Shown one piece after another: positions 38,480-54,000 of a stretch of DNA of 64,000 bases; position 1 is the first letter of the stretch, and every line of letters starts with the position of its first letter. Location: contig OX597831.1 of assembly GCA_951406725.2 (NCBI GenBank), forward strand, positions 51,522,001 through 51,586,000, read 5' to 3'. The notes under the pieces were generated by a model, which worked only from the letters and a program-made list of their open reading frames with translations, was not told the DNA's origin and ran no database searches. The translations under genes were made by a program, and so were the position numbers. Source of the DNA: Octopus vulgaris (Eukaryota).

Positions 38480-41400
38480 AGACAGACAGACAGACATACA
38501 GGGGTTGAACAAAATAATAGAAACACCTTAAAATTTCAAACAAATTTATTTTAGTATGGGATAGGACCGCCTTTGGCAGTAATTACAGCTTGAATTCTAT
38601 AAGGTGTGAACTCATACAAAGTTCGAATCGTTTCCAAAGGAATTTTTGTCCATTCTTCAGCTAAAACAGTCTCTAGTTCTTGTAGTGATGATGGTGGAGG
38701 ATATAGACTTCTTACTTGTTTTTCTAAAATGCACCATAAATGTTCAATAATACTGATATCTGGGGACTGGTGGCCAGATAAGATGTTCAACTTCACTAGA
38801 ATGTTCCTTGTGCTGTTCAGTAACAACTTTAGCTGTGTGAATTGGTACATTATCATCCTGAAAGATTGTTTTTCCCTCCGGAAACAGTTCTGCAACCACA
38901 GGATGAATTTGATCAGATAAAATGCTTAAATAGTCTTGAATATTAATTCTGCCATGAAGGGAAACAATTGGGCCAGCAGATTTCCAAGATATTGCTCCCC
39001 AGATCATCGCAAATCCTCCTCCATGCTTAACAGTTGGAAGAAGGCAGTCTGGGTCAAATGCTTCTTTTGGCTGTCTCCACACGTATACTTTGCGGGTGTC
39101 AGAAATAAGGTAAAGGATGATTCGTCCGAGAAAACATCATTCTTCCACTGCTCAGTTCTGTAGATTTTTACTCGACTCTAAATGTTTTGCAATGTTTGTT
39201 TTTGAAAGTAGTGGTTTTCTGATTGTAGCCCTCCCATGAAATCTGGCTTTGTGCAGCTCCCGGTGAACAGAGTTATATATATATACAATGGGCTTTTTTC
39301 AGTTTCCATGTACCAAATCCACTCTCTAGGCTTTGGTCAGCCTGTGGTTGGGAAGCAAGCTTCTTACCACACAGCCATGCCTTTATTTTACATCATGATG
39401 GGTTGGATGGGTATATATTATTATTATTACCTTATTTTAAAGTTCACTTTTCCATGTGTGCATGGGTCAGCCAAAATTCATGGAACATTCACTATAGCTT
39501 GATGTCCTTCCTGTTGCCAACTCTTACTTGTTTCCAAATAAGGTAATATTTCACCATAGTGGAACATGTCTTCTCAGAAGATTGATAACAAATTTCATTG
39601 CATCTATCACAGTAACACTAGTTTGCAGCTATCATGCAATGTCAGCACACACATGACAATGACGGGCTTATTTCTCTTTCCACCCACCAAATCTACTCAG
39701 CAGGATTTGGGTAGCCGGGTGTGTCATGCAGTAGAACTGAACCTGAAACCATCATCATCATCATCATCTAACTCTTTAACCAGTCATATCTGAAAATATT
39801 TTAACTATTACAAATTAGTAGTTGTAAAGAAATTACCACTATTTAAACAAATTACTTGCTACTTTGAATTCGTTTTCTTTGTTTATACAATGCAGGGTTT
39901 TGTTGATAAATAGTTCAGACTGACCAATGAATAGTTATATAATTGGACTCATTCGTAATGAGTGTAATTATTGCCATATAGAGGTGTTAGTTTATGAAGC
40001 CAGAAAATAAGTACATTTCGTGATATAAGGTTCGAGTCAAGAAATCTTAAGTTTTAGAAAATCAGACCTCTCCTATTAAAGCATATTTTAAAGCAGTTTC
40101 TTTATGCTATCAATTTTCTCATAATGATCTATGTTGTAAATATATATTACTGATTACTTGATATATATATATATATCATCATCATCATCATCATCATCAT
40201 CGTTTAACGTCCGTTTTCCACGCTAGCACGGGTTGGACGGTTTCGACCGGGGTCTGGGGAGCTAGGGACTGCCCCAGGCTCCAGTCTAGTCTGGCAGTGT
40301 TTCTACAGCTGGATGCCCTTCCTAACGCCAACCACTCCGCGAGTGTAGTGGGTGTTTTTTACGTGCCACCTGCACAGGTGCCAGAGGGGTCTGGCATCGG
40401 CCACGTTCGGATGGTGCTTTTAATGTGGGGGGGGGTGCAGAAATATAGGGGAGCACCAGTGGGGAGGGGTGGTTCAGAGAAATGATGACAGGTTCTAGGC
40501 AAGTAGAACGTAGGATATCAAGAGAGGGGTAATGCATGGTGAAATAGCGTATTGAGGAGGGGGGTTCGAAGAGTAGACACCTATAATGGTGGTGGGAGAA
40601 GCGACATCTGGTATAGATGGAGCAAAAATATAGAGATATCCGGTATTGGTGGTTGGGGTGGGTGCACCGCGAATACGGGAAGGTTGAAAATAGATGATAG
40701 AGCGAGACTTGGTCGGGCAGAATTAATAGAGGAGAAATTAGATACAATAGTTAGATAGATAAATAACAACAGATAGAAAAATATGTATGATTGGTCGAGA
40801 AGTGAAAATAAGCATTCAAACTTATCTTATCTGTGCTCGGGATTATAGCTGCTAGGTGAATGAATGAGAGAGCACATGTTGCTGCCTTAAGTAAAAAAAA
40901 TTACCGGAAGAGGAATTTTTGGACAAGGCGGAAGTGTATTAAGGTGATACCATATTCAATAATTTTACTCATATTCAATATATATATTAGTATTATATAA
41001 CTATGTATGAAATGATGACTATCATGTATATATTCTATTTGTTTCTCTTTTGTTTATGTTTTTCTTGAGATAGCTGCAGTTCTAAAATTGATCGAGTTCA
41101 AATGCTGTTTCCTTTCATTAAGAATATTTCAAACTTTATAAATGTATGTGTCGCAAAACGAAATGTATACTGCCAACATGAATCATTAAGTAGGATGTTA
41201 ATGTCTTTAATATAATGATAATATAGGTGCAAGTGTAAGCGTGTGCTTAAGAAGCTTGCTTCTCAACTGTGTTGTCTCAGGTTCAGTTCCACTGCATGGT
41301 AACGTGGGAAAGTGTTTTCCACCATAGCCCTGGCACTGACAAAAGCCTTGTGAGTGGATTTGGTAGATGAAAACTGAAAGAAGACTGCCGTATGTGTGTG

Positions 41401-41970
41401 TTTGTGTGTATCTTTGTCTTGGCATAATATGATAGTGGTAAATGAGTATCACTGTCATACAAACAATATTGTTTATTTTCAGCCTTCCATGAAGAATATA
41501 TCTGACTATGGAGAAATATCACCTTGCTTGGAAACAGGTGAGGGTTGGTGACAAGAAAGGCATCTAGCTGCAGAAAATCTGCCTCAACAAATTTCGTTTG
41601 AAAAATGTACCTTAAAAATGTCTGAAAAATGTACTTTAAATGATGATGATGCTGATTCTTGCAGTATTAAAAAAATATGGTATGTTAAGTGATATTATAT
41701 ATATATATATATATTTTTTTGTAGATACGGTTAGTGACAACTCCGAGGCAGCCAGTTATGATGCTGAAGAAGGTCAACCTTCAGTTCAGAACTTAGAGCA
41801 GCTTAATTTAAATGATTCTAATGATGAAGATGATACTAATTTGCCAGTTGACAGTGAGTCAATAGAAGATCATAATGATAATTATGATGATGAAGATGAT
41901 GAACCTGTAAATACACAAGGTATTTCGTTATGTTCTCGCTTGCTTTGTTCCCATCTTTCATTTGTCTTCC

Positions 41971-42022
<52 letters not shown>

Positions 42023-45000
42023 GGGTAACCATGTACCTCCTCTACACCAAGACATCTGTTTCTGTCTCTGTCATACTCTAACCTTTCATCATCTGGCACA
42101 AGATCACCTCCATTCCTCTTCCTCTCTCAAAGATTCCTTGTTTTGCTTAGTTACTTGGTGACCTTGTCAGTGCAGGTGCCGCTTAAAAAGCATCCAGTCC
42201 ACACTAAAGTGGTTGGCATTTGGAAGGGCATCTAGCTGTAAAAACCATGCCAAAACTGACCCTGCCTGTGCTGGTGCCTTTTAAAAGGCACTCAGCCCAC
42301 TCTGCACAGTGATTGCTGTTAGGAAGGGCATCCAGCCATAAAACACCATGCCAGGACAGACACAGAAGTATAGTGCAGGCTTCTGTCTGGCCAGCTCCTG
42401 TCAAACCATCCAACCTATGCCAGCATGGAAGGAGGATGTTAAACGACGATAATGATTTCTGTGAAAACAAATACACATATAATCCAGTCTTTGTAAAGAG
42501 TGCAGAAAATGGCAATAACTTTATTCTCACTAAATTTATTCAGATTCTAATTATTATATACTCAGTGATATGATGTCTGACATTTTATACTTTAAATCAG
42601 ATAATGAAGAAAAAAGAAATACATTGTGGTTTTGTCATTCTTACTTTTAAGATGAGGAAGTAAACAAAACAAAAATTATGTCATCAAGTTTATTCTAAAG
42701 TGAAGCTATGAACCTTATATTTTCTGCCTCCCCCACTCCCATTTTATGATTTGCTCCAGATATACATGGTTGTAGACACAATACTCTAACATAATATTAG
42801 CTTAAGCTAATGTCTTTGAATCAGTATTACCTCAAAAGGATAAGATGGTTGTAGTGCTGGTGTTGGGGTGTTTGTGTGCATATGTGTTTGAAGATTGGAG
42901 CTCTTCTCATCTTTTAATGAGGAGTATAAATTTAGAAGCTTGACTGAAAGACTCTCATTAGCAGCATACATTGTTGGTGTGGTTAAGAAATTTGCTTTGC
43001 TTTGCAATCTTTCACTCCTACTCCAGAGCATCGGCTGCGGGGTCACTCCGAAAAGCTCTATCTGCGACGATTTCATCTCAATCGAAGGAGAGGGGCTTTC
43101 TCCGTCCAGGTTGCGGATCCGTGGAATAAGCTGCCGGACGAAATAGTGAAGATGCCGACGACCGCTCGGTTCAAAGTCTCTCTTGACCAGAAATGGCCTG
43201 AACTCTCTGCATGAACGCCCTCCCTGTACATAACTCCATGTCCCCCTACATGGCCTTGCTTTTTGAGCCAAAAAATGAACTTAACCTAACTATATAGCTT
43301 CCATTTCCATCTCATTGCTTGGCATCTCAGACAAGTGCCTTCTATGTTACGGTCTTAGGTTGACCAATGCTATGTGAATGATATTTGACAGGAAGAAACT
43401 ATACAATAACTAATCTCAAACACACACACACGTGTATTTATATATATGCATCATATGTATATATTTGCATTGCCACCACAAAGTCCACCTAGTCATTCAA
43501 GTGACTATCTATGTGCCAACTATAAGTCTGGCTTGGGAGCTAAACAAGAATAACATCGATAAATCTTTCTTATTACACTAAATATAAACTGTACACCTTT
43601 TAACCGTTTATAAGAATTCTTTCTTGCTTCATGATATGTCTTTATTTCTTTTATAGAGGAGATGGACTCCCTATTACGTCACTGCTTCCTTTGTGCCTTG
43701 AAATCTAAAGTTAAAGAAAAAGAACTCCCTATAATGACAATAACTTTTTTCCGAAATCATATGAAAGCTTTTTGGTTAGTAAACAGTTTTGTTTTGAAAA
43801 TATAAATTTTGCCCAAAATATGATTTTCACTCCCTTTCTGCCAATTTTGAGGATTTTTTTTTTTTTTTGGTATTCCTTCTGCATTGTAATACAACTAAAC
43901 ATATTCAGCTACTTTCCATGAAATTTTTTAAGATGTCGGTGGCACGTAAAAGCACCATCCGTTCGTGTCCGTTGCCAGCCCTGCCTGGCCCCCGTGCCGG
44001 TGGCACGTAAAATCACCATCCGTTCATGGCCGCTTGCCAGCTCTGTCTGGCACCTGTGCAGGTGGCACGTAAAAAGCACCCACTACACTCACGGAGTGGT
44101 TGGCGTTAGGAAGGGCATCCAGCCGTAGAAACACTGCCAAATCTGACTGGGCCTGATGAAGCCTTCCGGCTTCACAGACCCCAGTTAAACCATCCAACCC
44201 ATGCTAGCATGGAAAACGGACGCTAAATGATGATGATGATGATGGTATATATGCTGTCTGTATTTATAAAGTGGTTCTTTCTTTCAAACATCTTCAGTTT
44301 AAACTACTACAATTGTAGCATTTCTGTTGAGTTATACAAGCCTTTGACTGAGTTCTTGTGAACATTTTTCAGTCCCAGTTACTGTTGCATTGACACTGTA
44401 GACAGGACTAGGCAGGTTTTTCCTAATGATTTCAATCTATATGGATGAAAAATGATCTTTGAGTGACTAATTTTAAGAAAGGTATTCAACTGTAGTAAAT
44501 ATAAACTCTAATATCTTATACTAGTGTCTCATATATTTTCAGAATGTCCCAATTCATACCGACATCGAAAAATAGTTGTATAAATTTTAAATAGAAGCCA
44601 GTAAGTGCAGCTCAATAATCAATGATTAAATGTATACAAATTTAATGAGTATTTTTTGTGATACGTTTTAGATTAAAATACTTAGCAGCAAATATATATT
44701 TTTAATTATTAAATGTGTTTACTCTATTATCTGGGCAACAGTGATTTATGTGCAATTAATTCTGAATGGAGATTTAATTACAATAAACAAAGATAGTATA
44801 ATTTAAGTAATACTGATAGCTAAAATATATTTCTTGAAAACAGAAGATAGATATAATATAAATAGAGAACAGTGTTTCCTCAAATTGAAATCTTGAACAA
44901 AATGTAGTTTATAAAATGTATTTTATAAATTATATGAAGTCTTTGAAGTGAATTAACATCTAGTTCTAAGGATATTTCTATTTTTAAAGATATGATAATC

Positions 45001-48000
45001 ATTGAATTTTTTTTTCTTTTCTTTTCACTTTCCCAGTTTAGCATTTTCATATATATTTCTTTATTTCTTCTTGCCTCCCTTTAATTCAGTCCTTAATTTT
45101 CTACAGTTGTAATCAAGCAGTATCTTTATTTTTGATTGTAGCCCTGAAGGTAAAACACTTGAAGTTAAGAAATCTTCCTATAAAAAGGTAAATTTCCTGA
45201 TCACTAAAAATTATTATCCAGTAGGTGAAATAACTGAGTTAAAACACACCTGCATTTTAATCAACTAATACTTGTTTATTCAGACTTATACATTTATATA
45301 AAATATATTAATGTAAAGTTGATTATGGCTAACACTTTACTCTAAATAACATGCAAATGGAGCAATTTATAAGTGCAGTGCAAAAGACAAAAACTGGAAC
45401 AATTTGTGGTGGCATAACACACTTCTATAGGTTGGAAACCTGTGACAAGAACTAGTTGTTACTTAATGTCTATTTCTACTATTATTTTAGTCTTCATCAA
45501 TTGTCTTGAAACATTAACTCAATGTTGTCCCTCCCTCTCTCTCTTTCGGAGAGGCACTGAGCACCTACACGCACATATACACACACGGCAGTAACTTCCG
45601 CCTACCGAATTCAATCACAAAGCTTTGGTCGACTCGGGGCTATAGTGGCAGACACCTGCCCAAAGTGCCACGCAGTGAGACTGAACCCAAAACCATGTAG
45701 CTAAGAAGCAAGCTCCCTAACCACACAGCCATGCCCGATGTGTTCAATTGCTTATGGTCAGGATTTTGTGTTCCTTGTGATGCTAGTTCGTGTTTTTCTT
45801 TAGAACATTTATACAAGAGCCATATCTACGTGTCATTATCATTAAATGTCCACTTCAGCATGCTTGCATGCACTGGATGGAGTTTATTGAAGCAGATTTT
45901 TCTATGGTTGGATGCCTTTCCTGTAGCCTACCTTCGCCTGTTTCCAAGCAAGGTGATATTTACCCATAGTTTGACATGTTTTTCATGGAATACTGAAAAC
46001 ATGCAACATTACTAGTGTGAACCATTATGTGGTGGTTGTAAACAAAGGTACACACAATTACCATACGTACATGAATAAATAAATACATACATGCATGCTT
46101 GTTTCTGTTACCATCTACCAAATCCACTCAGAAGGCTTTGGTTAGTTCGGTTATTATAGAAGAGACTTGCTCAAGATGCTGCACAGTGGGCCGGCCAAAG
46201 TCTTGGGAGTGGACTGGTAGATGGAAACTGAAAGAAGCCTATTGTGTATGTTTTTATTCATTTATATATTGTCATCATCGTTTAACATCAGCCTTCCATG
46301 CTGGCATAGGTAAGACAGTTTGACAGGAGCCAGCCAGGCAGAAGCCTCCACCAGACTTCTTGACCGTTTTGGCAGGATTTTTACAGCTGGATGCCCTTCC
46401 TAACACCCAGCAGAGCGAACTAATATATATGTGTGTGTGTGTATCTTTGCCTTGACATCATGTGATGGTTGTAAACAAGCATTACCATCATACAAGCAGA
46501 GCTGTTTCTTTCCTTCATAAAAAACATGTCTTGCCATGGGGAAATATTACCTTGCTTGGAAACAGGTAAGGGTTTGTAACAGGAAGAGCATCCAGCTGTA
46601 GAAAATCTTCCTCCACAAATTCTGTCTGACCCATGCAAGCTTGGAAAAGGGATGTTAAATGATGATGATGTTTATTTTTTAATAACATTTCTACTGGCAT
46701 ACATGTAAGAATTGTGTACATGTTGACCAAGTCTCATGTTTTTATGTTAGTAGAAATCATATGCAGAGTGAAAGCACATGGTTCAGTGATTAGAACATCG
46801 GGCTCACAATCATAAGGTAGTGAGTTTGATTCCCCGATCAGGTTGTGTGTTGTGTTCTTGAGCAAGTCACCTTATTTCACGTTGCTCTAGTTCACTCAGT
46901 TGTAGAAATAAGTTGCAGTGTCACTGGTGCCAAGCTGTATCAGCGTTTGCCTTTCCCTTGGATAACATCAGTGGTGTGTAGAGGGGAGGCTGGTATGCAT
47001 GGCCAACTGCAGGTCTTCCATAAACAACCTTACTCAGATTGTTCCTTGGAAGGTAACTTTCTGGGTGCAAATCCATGGTCTTTCATGATTGAAGGGGGTC
47101 TTTACTCTTTGTTTTTTTTTTTACCCTTTTATTTGTTGCCAGTAACTACAACCATTTATTATGCTTGTTTTCCTTTCTCTCTTAAGTTCTTAGTGTTACT
47201 GTTAATAGCAGTTGAATATGTCTTAAAATTACATTAAGTTAAAATGTGCTGTGTGCCTTTTGCAGAAAGTATTCTGAGCAAGGTGGGTTTAGGTGTGCTA
47301 AAGAAGTATGGGACTGTGAAATGCAATGCCATAAGTAAGATGTAATAAAAAGATGTTTGGCTTGTACACCCTATCCAACTCTTGTCAGTGTAAGAAACCA
47401 TATATTAACCCATTAGCATTTAGATTACTGTATCATGTAATCCTTATTCATTCACATTCTTTTGAATTAATCTTGAATTATCTTGTAATTGCAAGATTTT
47501 GATGATGTGATTGTTTATCTTTAGAATGACATTGTAAGGTAGGTGTAAGAGGCCAAATCCAGTCAGTTTGAATATAAAATAGAATATTTGGACCGAATAT
47601 AGCCAGTTTAAATACTAAAGGGTTTAAATCAGCAATGATGAGGAAATAGAACTTCTATAGCTGTCTTTGTGATGTTTCCTGTTGACACTGAAATGAAATA
47701 TGGGATTACCATAAACACTTTAAAATTTAAACTTCTTAGTTTGGTGAAGTTAATCAAACTTACATGGACTTGGGAAATAAATTACAGTTTGAAATTCAGT
47801 ATGAAATTGTTTCTTTATGAATCAGAATTTTGGGAATTTTATTTTATTTTTATCACCTTTGCTGTATGATGTCTTCTATTTTCATTTAATTTTGTGAATA
47901 AAAAAAAAATGATTTTACTCTTTCTCAGCTTTCAAAATTTCTACAAGAAATGCAAGATAATGATTTTATAAAAGTGGCCCCAAAAAGTAAAGGTGTTGAT

Positions 48001-51000
48001 GAAATAATATGGTTAAATAAAGACCATACAGAGTAAGATTACAACTCAATTTTTATTTTCTTTATAGTTTTAAAATTTAATTATTAATTTTCTTGTATAA
48101 GGTGATGGGTTTAAAAAAAAAAACACTTGATGCCTAACTTTTTTTTGTGCATTTAAGACAAGCCATCATACCTAATACAGCAGACTTCAATCTAAGTCAG
48201 GACTATATTGGATATGCTATCATATAATGTTTGGTGGTATGAAATGTAGCCTAATACAGCATATTTATTGGAGATTTAATCTGTTATCTAGATGGCTTAA
48301 TTAGTAGTGTTGGAGGCTGTTCTCAAATATAGTAGCCCGTGTAAGAACAGGGTGGAGAAAGTTTAAACATGTATTCTCTCTGAAAGGCAGACTGTATGAT
48401 GCTTGTGTATGAACTGTTTTTGCTGGGCTTAAGAAAATTAGTTGTTCTTAAAGAAGTCTTATTGTGGAGAATTAAATTGAAATTCATCTGTTTTTATGTG
48501 TAGTGGTAAACTCATAAGTATTTATTTTCAATAAAAATTTCTATATTTTTGTAGGCTTAGAGATTTGATTGTTCCTGATATTACGGAACAAATGAAAGAG
48601 TCTGAGGATGATTTTCAACTACCCAAAATTACTGAAATGCGGATTGTGACAGCAGCAGTTTTGCCAGTTTTGAAAGAATATGGTTATGAGTAAGTTAGAT
48701 ATTTAATTTTATTTTGATCGGTGTCAATAATGTCTCCTTTCTCTCTGGACACGGCTGAAGAAATTCAAGAGCTAGTTGGTGTCTTTAAACTGAGTGGTTA
48801 AGTGCATTCAGTACCACATTGTCAAATCTCCTATTATCTTGAGATAATAGGAGATTTGGCAGTTATTTCTAGCAGGTTGAACCACTGTGTAGGGTCCCAT
48901 TACCACCACCATTGCCTAGAGAAAGAGAGTTTCTTATATGTGTGTGCGTGTCTCTGAATCTTTTGAGTTGTGGAAAATGTTTGATCAAAAGTGAATTACT
49001 TCAAATTCACTGATCTAATTTCTTGAACATTCAAAGTTATCATCAAGGTCATAGTTTCAATGTCCACCTTTCCATTCTTGTATACGTTGGATAAAGCTTA
49101 ATAAGGCAAATTTTCCAAGGTTGAACATCAATTCCTGTCATCAACCCTCCCTTGTTATCAAGCAAGGTTTCCTATGGCCAGACATGATTTCTCAGAATAT
49201 TGGAAACAAATAATACATCTTCGATGATAGTGACACTCATTCACAAATATGTTATGTCAAGACAAGGATTCACCCTGCCACACACAGACACATACACACA
49301 CACACTTTTTATTAAGTTTTTTTAGAAATATAGGACACAATTCAAGTCATGTTTCTGTTTTTTAACAAGTAAGAAATTCATCAAATGTGTGTTAGATTTT
49401 TTCTATTTGAATACAATTGTATTTTTACTTTAACTAATCAATAGTTTTTCTTTTAATTTTAACAATGCCAGCAAAGGAAGTACTATGCTACCAGCTGATG
49501 TGAGAGCTGTCATAACAGATTATGTAAAGAAAAATGAATTAAAGTTTGATAGAAGCCAAAGGTAAGAATAAACATAGAGGGTGGGCAAAAGTCATACACC
49601 AAAACATTTCACATTTTATTTATATTATTATTATTATTATTATGTTGTTGTTGTTGTTCATCATGTATGTGTGAAATCATTTTTTTATTTTATTCAATTT
49701 TAATAAAATTGAAGTATGTCTTTGACAATTCTAGAGCATATTGAAGTTTTTTGGGGTGGTTTCCCCTGAATTCTAATTTCCAAATTCCTTAACTATGGAC
49801 ATGCTTTATTGAACTTCATCCAGCCATCTTCTCTGCCCACTGTTCTTGGGAGGATCGATGGGATAGTCCTCAGGTACCTCCTCCACAGGGTGCTTTCAGA
49901 AACTTCCCAACTGGATCCCTAAGCGTGACCAATTGAGACTTTGGGTATCATCCAACCATCTCATCCTTGATCCACCACTAAGTCTCCTGCTGGTTAGCTT
50001 GACTTGAAGAATTTGTCTTCTGATTCCTTTATATGACATTTTAATCACATGTAAAAAGTATGCAGTCAAAACTGTAAAGTGGTTGGCATTTGGAAGGGCA
50101 TCCAGTTGTAAAACCCATGCCAAAACAGACCTCACTGGTGCAGGTTCCACATAAAAAGCACTCAGTCCACTCTGTTGGGTACTTGATGTTAGGAAGGGCA
50201 TCCAGCCATAAAAACCCTGCCAAAACAGACAGTGAAACCTGGTGCAGTCTTCTGCCTAGCCAGCTCCTTTTTCCTCTGAGGAATACATCCTGTAACTCTG
50301 CAGTTTTGAGGACTGGTGGAATACTAATCTCTTACTTGAAAACACTCAAAGGGCATTTTATCATCATCATCATCCTCATACATCTATTTTCCATGCTGGC
50401 ATGGGTTGGACGGCTTGACAGGAGCAGGCAAGCCGAAAGACTGCACCAAGCCCCATTGTCTGCTTTGGCATGATTTTTATAGCTGGATGACCTTTCTAAT
50501 GCCAACCACTCTACAGAATGGACTTGGTATTTTTCATGTGGCACCAGCACTAGTGAGGTACTCCTTTTCCTTATTCTACCTTCTTTGTTAATGGTGAGGG
50601 TGGCTGCAACAACAGCTACCACCAACACCAACACCACCATTATCATCTACCTATGCTTCTTAGCGTGATAGTAAAGCAAAATCTTCTTGTTGCAGTATGG
50701 TGCAGTTAGATCCTGTTTTAGCGGGAATTGTTCTGCGTTCTGGTGAAAATAACAAATTTTACTTAGGCTGGAAAGACCTGATATCAAGGTAAGATTAACA
50801 ACGTAAGAGCTTTTGTTGAGATTTTATTGATTTCTATGTTATTGAATGTAATTTTAATGGATTTTAAATGCAGTAAATTCCTTGACTATTAGCAGTGTTA
50901 CGTTCCAAAACCCCCCATGATGGTGAAAAACCACGATGCAGAAACAGTACTGTACTGTACTGTTTTTATTTTATTATTATTGTAATTTGTATATATTTAT

Positions 51001-54000
51001 TTTATTATAAATGCAAAACAACACCACAGAGGAATCAATGTAAGCTTAAATAATAGACTGTGATAGGTGAGGGATTACTGTAATTCTATATTTATGTCAG
51101 TCCTATATATGGATTTACTTCTGATTCAAATGGAAATATTACTGTTTAATAGACATGGCAGTATGGTTGAGAAGTTTACTTCACAATCATGTGGTCTCGG
51201 GTTCAGTCCTACTGTGCTCCAGCTTGGGCAAGTGTCTTCGACTATGGGTCTTAGGCTGCCCAAATTCTTGTGAATGGATTTGGTAGATGGAAACTGAAAG
51301 AAGCTTACTGTTTACACTCACACATGCACACACACGCACAAATGCAAACAACAGTTGTCAAGTGGTTAGTTGAAGGGGACATGAGAAAGAGAAGGCAGGC
51401 TGGAGAAAACATGGCAAAGGACAGTGTGGGAAGACTTGACCAAGATGTGTATCATCTGGGATGAATGTTGCATTTTGGCTCAGAATGGTACTGCTTGGAG
51501 AACTCTCACCACCTGATGCTCTTTGAGTGAACTGAGATAACATTATTATCATTATCTATTTGTGTGTGCGTATGTAGTTTATATGTATGTATGTGTATGT
51601 GTTCTGTTGTCTTGACATCACATAATGGTTGTAAATGAGTATCACCATCAAGCAATGTTGTTCATTTCCAGCCTTCCATTGGAAACATGTTTGGTCAAGG
51701 GGAAATATTCCTTGCTTGAAAATAAGTTACGGTTGGTGACAGGAAGGGCATCCAGCCATAGAAGATCTGCCTCAGCAGATTCCATCTGACCCATGCAAAC
51801 ACGGAAAAGTTGATGTTAACTGATGCTGATGAATACAGTAGTAATGGATGGATGGAAGCACTCTGTCGGTTACGACGACGAGGGTTCCGGTTGATCCGAC
51901 CAACGGAACAGCCTGCTCGTGAAATTAACGTGTAAGTGGCTGAGCACTCCACAGACACGTGTACCCTTAACGTAGTTCTCGGGGATATTCAGCGTGACAA
52001 GGCCGGCCCTTTGAAATACAGGTACAACAGAAACAGGAAGTAAGAGTGAGAGAAAGTTGTGGTGAAAGAGTACAGCAGGGATCACCACCATCCCTGCTGG
52101 AGCCTCGTGGAGCTTTAGGTGTTTTCGCTCAATAAACACTCACAATGCCCGGTCTGGGAATCGAAACCGCGACCCTACGACCGTGAGTCCGCTGCCCTAA
52201 CCACTGGGCCATTGCGCCTCCACATACAGTAGTAATATGACAGTAATGGAATAACAATAATATGATGGCAATATCTAACAATATCAAACTGGCAGAATCA
52301 TTTGCATGTCAGGCATTTTGTTGAGCTCAATGTTTTGAGTGCAAATACCACCAAGGTCGACATTGCTTTTCATCTTTTCAGGGTTGAGCACTGGGGTCTG
52401 TCTAATCAACTTATCCTCTCTCCCAAAATTGCTGGCCTTGTGCCAAAATTTCAAATCAGTATTTAATAGTATTGATAGTAATAGTAACAAGAAACAAAGC
52501 TGTAAGACTGAAAAATAGCATTTGTAGTGAATGAGAAAAATGCAATAGTAGCCGTGAACACCAAGTTTCTCTGAGTGTCAACTTCTCCACCAAATATTTA
52601 AAGTATATTCTCAAACTGCCAGCGGATTTTCGTTGCTGTTATATCAATATGATGTGTTTATTATTAGCATTTAAGTAAATGTGTTGAATGTTTGGAGATG
52701 TAAATTGTCTGCGGATGTCTGACTAGCAAGGTGAAGCGGCTGACCTCCCCTGTTCGAAGGTTGTAATGGACGCAGGTTCGTGTGTCATATAGCTAGCTAG
52801 AGGTGATGGCATCTTGGAGCTAATCAGTGACAGCTTTAGTCTTATATTTATAGACTGCCATATTACTATGGCGATAACTATTAATATCCAGTAACGCTGC
52901 CGTAATCTCCTTTAGAGAGTCTTAGTAATTTTAAAATTTTAATATTTCTATTATTGAAAACAAGTGAATGTATTACACTGTAACTAGGTAAATAAAATCT
53001 TTGAACAGACGGTCAGTAACGACACCTGCTGGTTCTGACTACACTGCATTGATAAAGGGCAACAACCCTGAAACATGTCTGCAGATGTCTGACTAGCAAG
53101 GTGAAGCAGCTGACCTCCCCTGTTCGAAGGTTGTAATGGACGCAGGTTCGTGTGTCATATAGCTAGCTAGAGGCGATGGCCTCTTGGAGCTAATCAGCGA
53201 CAGCTTTAGTCTTATATTTATAGACTGCCATATTAGTATGGCGATAACTATTAATATATATATATATACACACACACACACATATCACCACTCCTCATCT
53301 ACCTGCTGTGAGCTTTGATTTAAGAAAGAGTGGCTTTGTGATCCTGTCATTCAAGTTTCATGTTTAAAACCATTTATATTTAAGGATTGGGTGCAACCGT
53401 GACTTTGTGTTAAGAAGTTTGCTCCCCAACCATACAGTCTCGGGTTCAGTCTCACTGCATGACACCTTGGGGCAAGTGTCTTTTACCATGACCTTTGGTT
53501 AACCACATCTTTGAGTGGAGCTGGCAGATGGAGACTGACAGAAGCCCATTTTGTGTATGTGTGTTTTACTTTCCCTTTCCTTGACTTGTTGAGATAGTTG
53601 TTAATGAGTGTCATCATTATTGTAAGCAATGTCCTTCATTTTCAATCTTCTTTGAAAACATCTCTCTTCATGGAGAATATTATCACATTACTTGGAAGCA
53701 AGTGAGAGTTGGTGACAGGAAGAGCATCTGGTTGTAGAAAATCTGCCTCAGCAAATTGTCTGACCCATGTGTGTATGAAAAGTGGATGTTAAAATGATGG
53801 TGATTAGAGCCACGTGATCATTGCTAGTAACAATGCATTTTTTTGCATTGTTTTAGCCTTCAAATGCCACTCTGCTGGCTAGGTGAGCAGGCCAACATTC
53901 CCTCCTAATTGAAAGGGGAACTGGAGTAACATGAAATGAAGTGTTTTGCTCAAGAACACAATGCGCTGCTCAATCAGGGAATTGAGCCCATGATCTAGCA

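Noticed and set aside
40322-40960. 141-aa minus-strand ORF in eIF2D intron 6
   Set aside because: No recognisable domain, biased composition, and it runs into a repeat; probably a repeat fragment.
44154-44185. CTGATGA AGCC ttcc GGCT, a hammerhead-like start
   Set aside because: No GAAA follows; it is a mutated segment of the RTE-tailed repeat.
52140-52223. tRNA-like sequence with A and B boxes
   Set aside because: It is the head of a SINE that continues into a body and is bounded by a TSD; not a tRNA gene.
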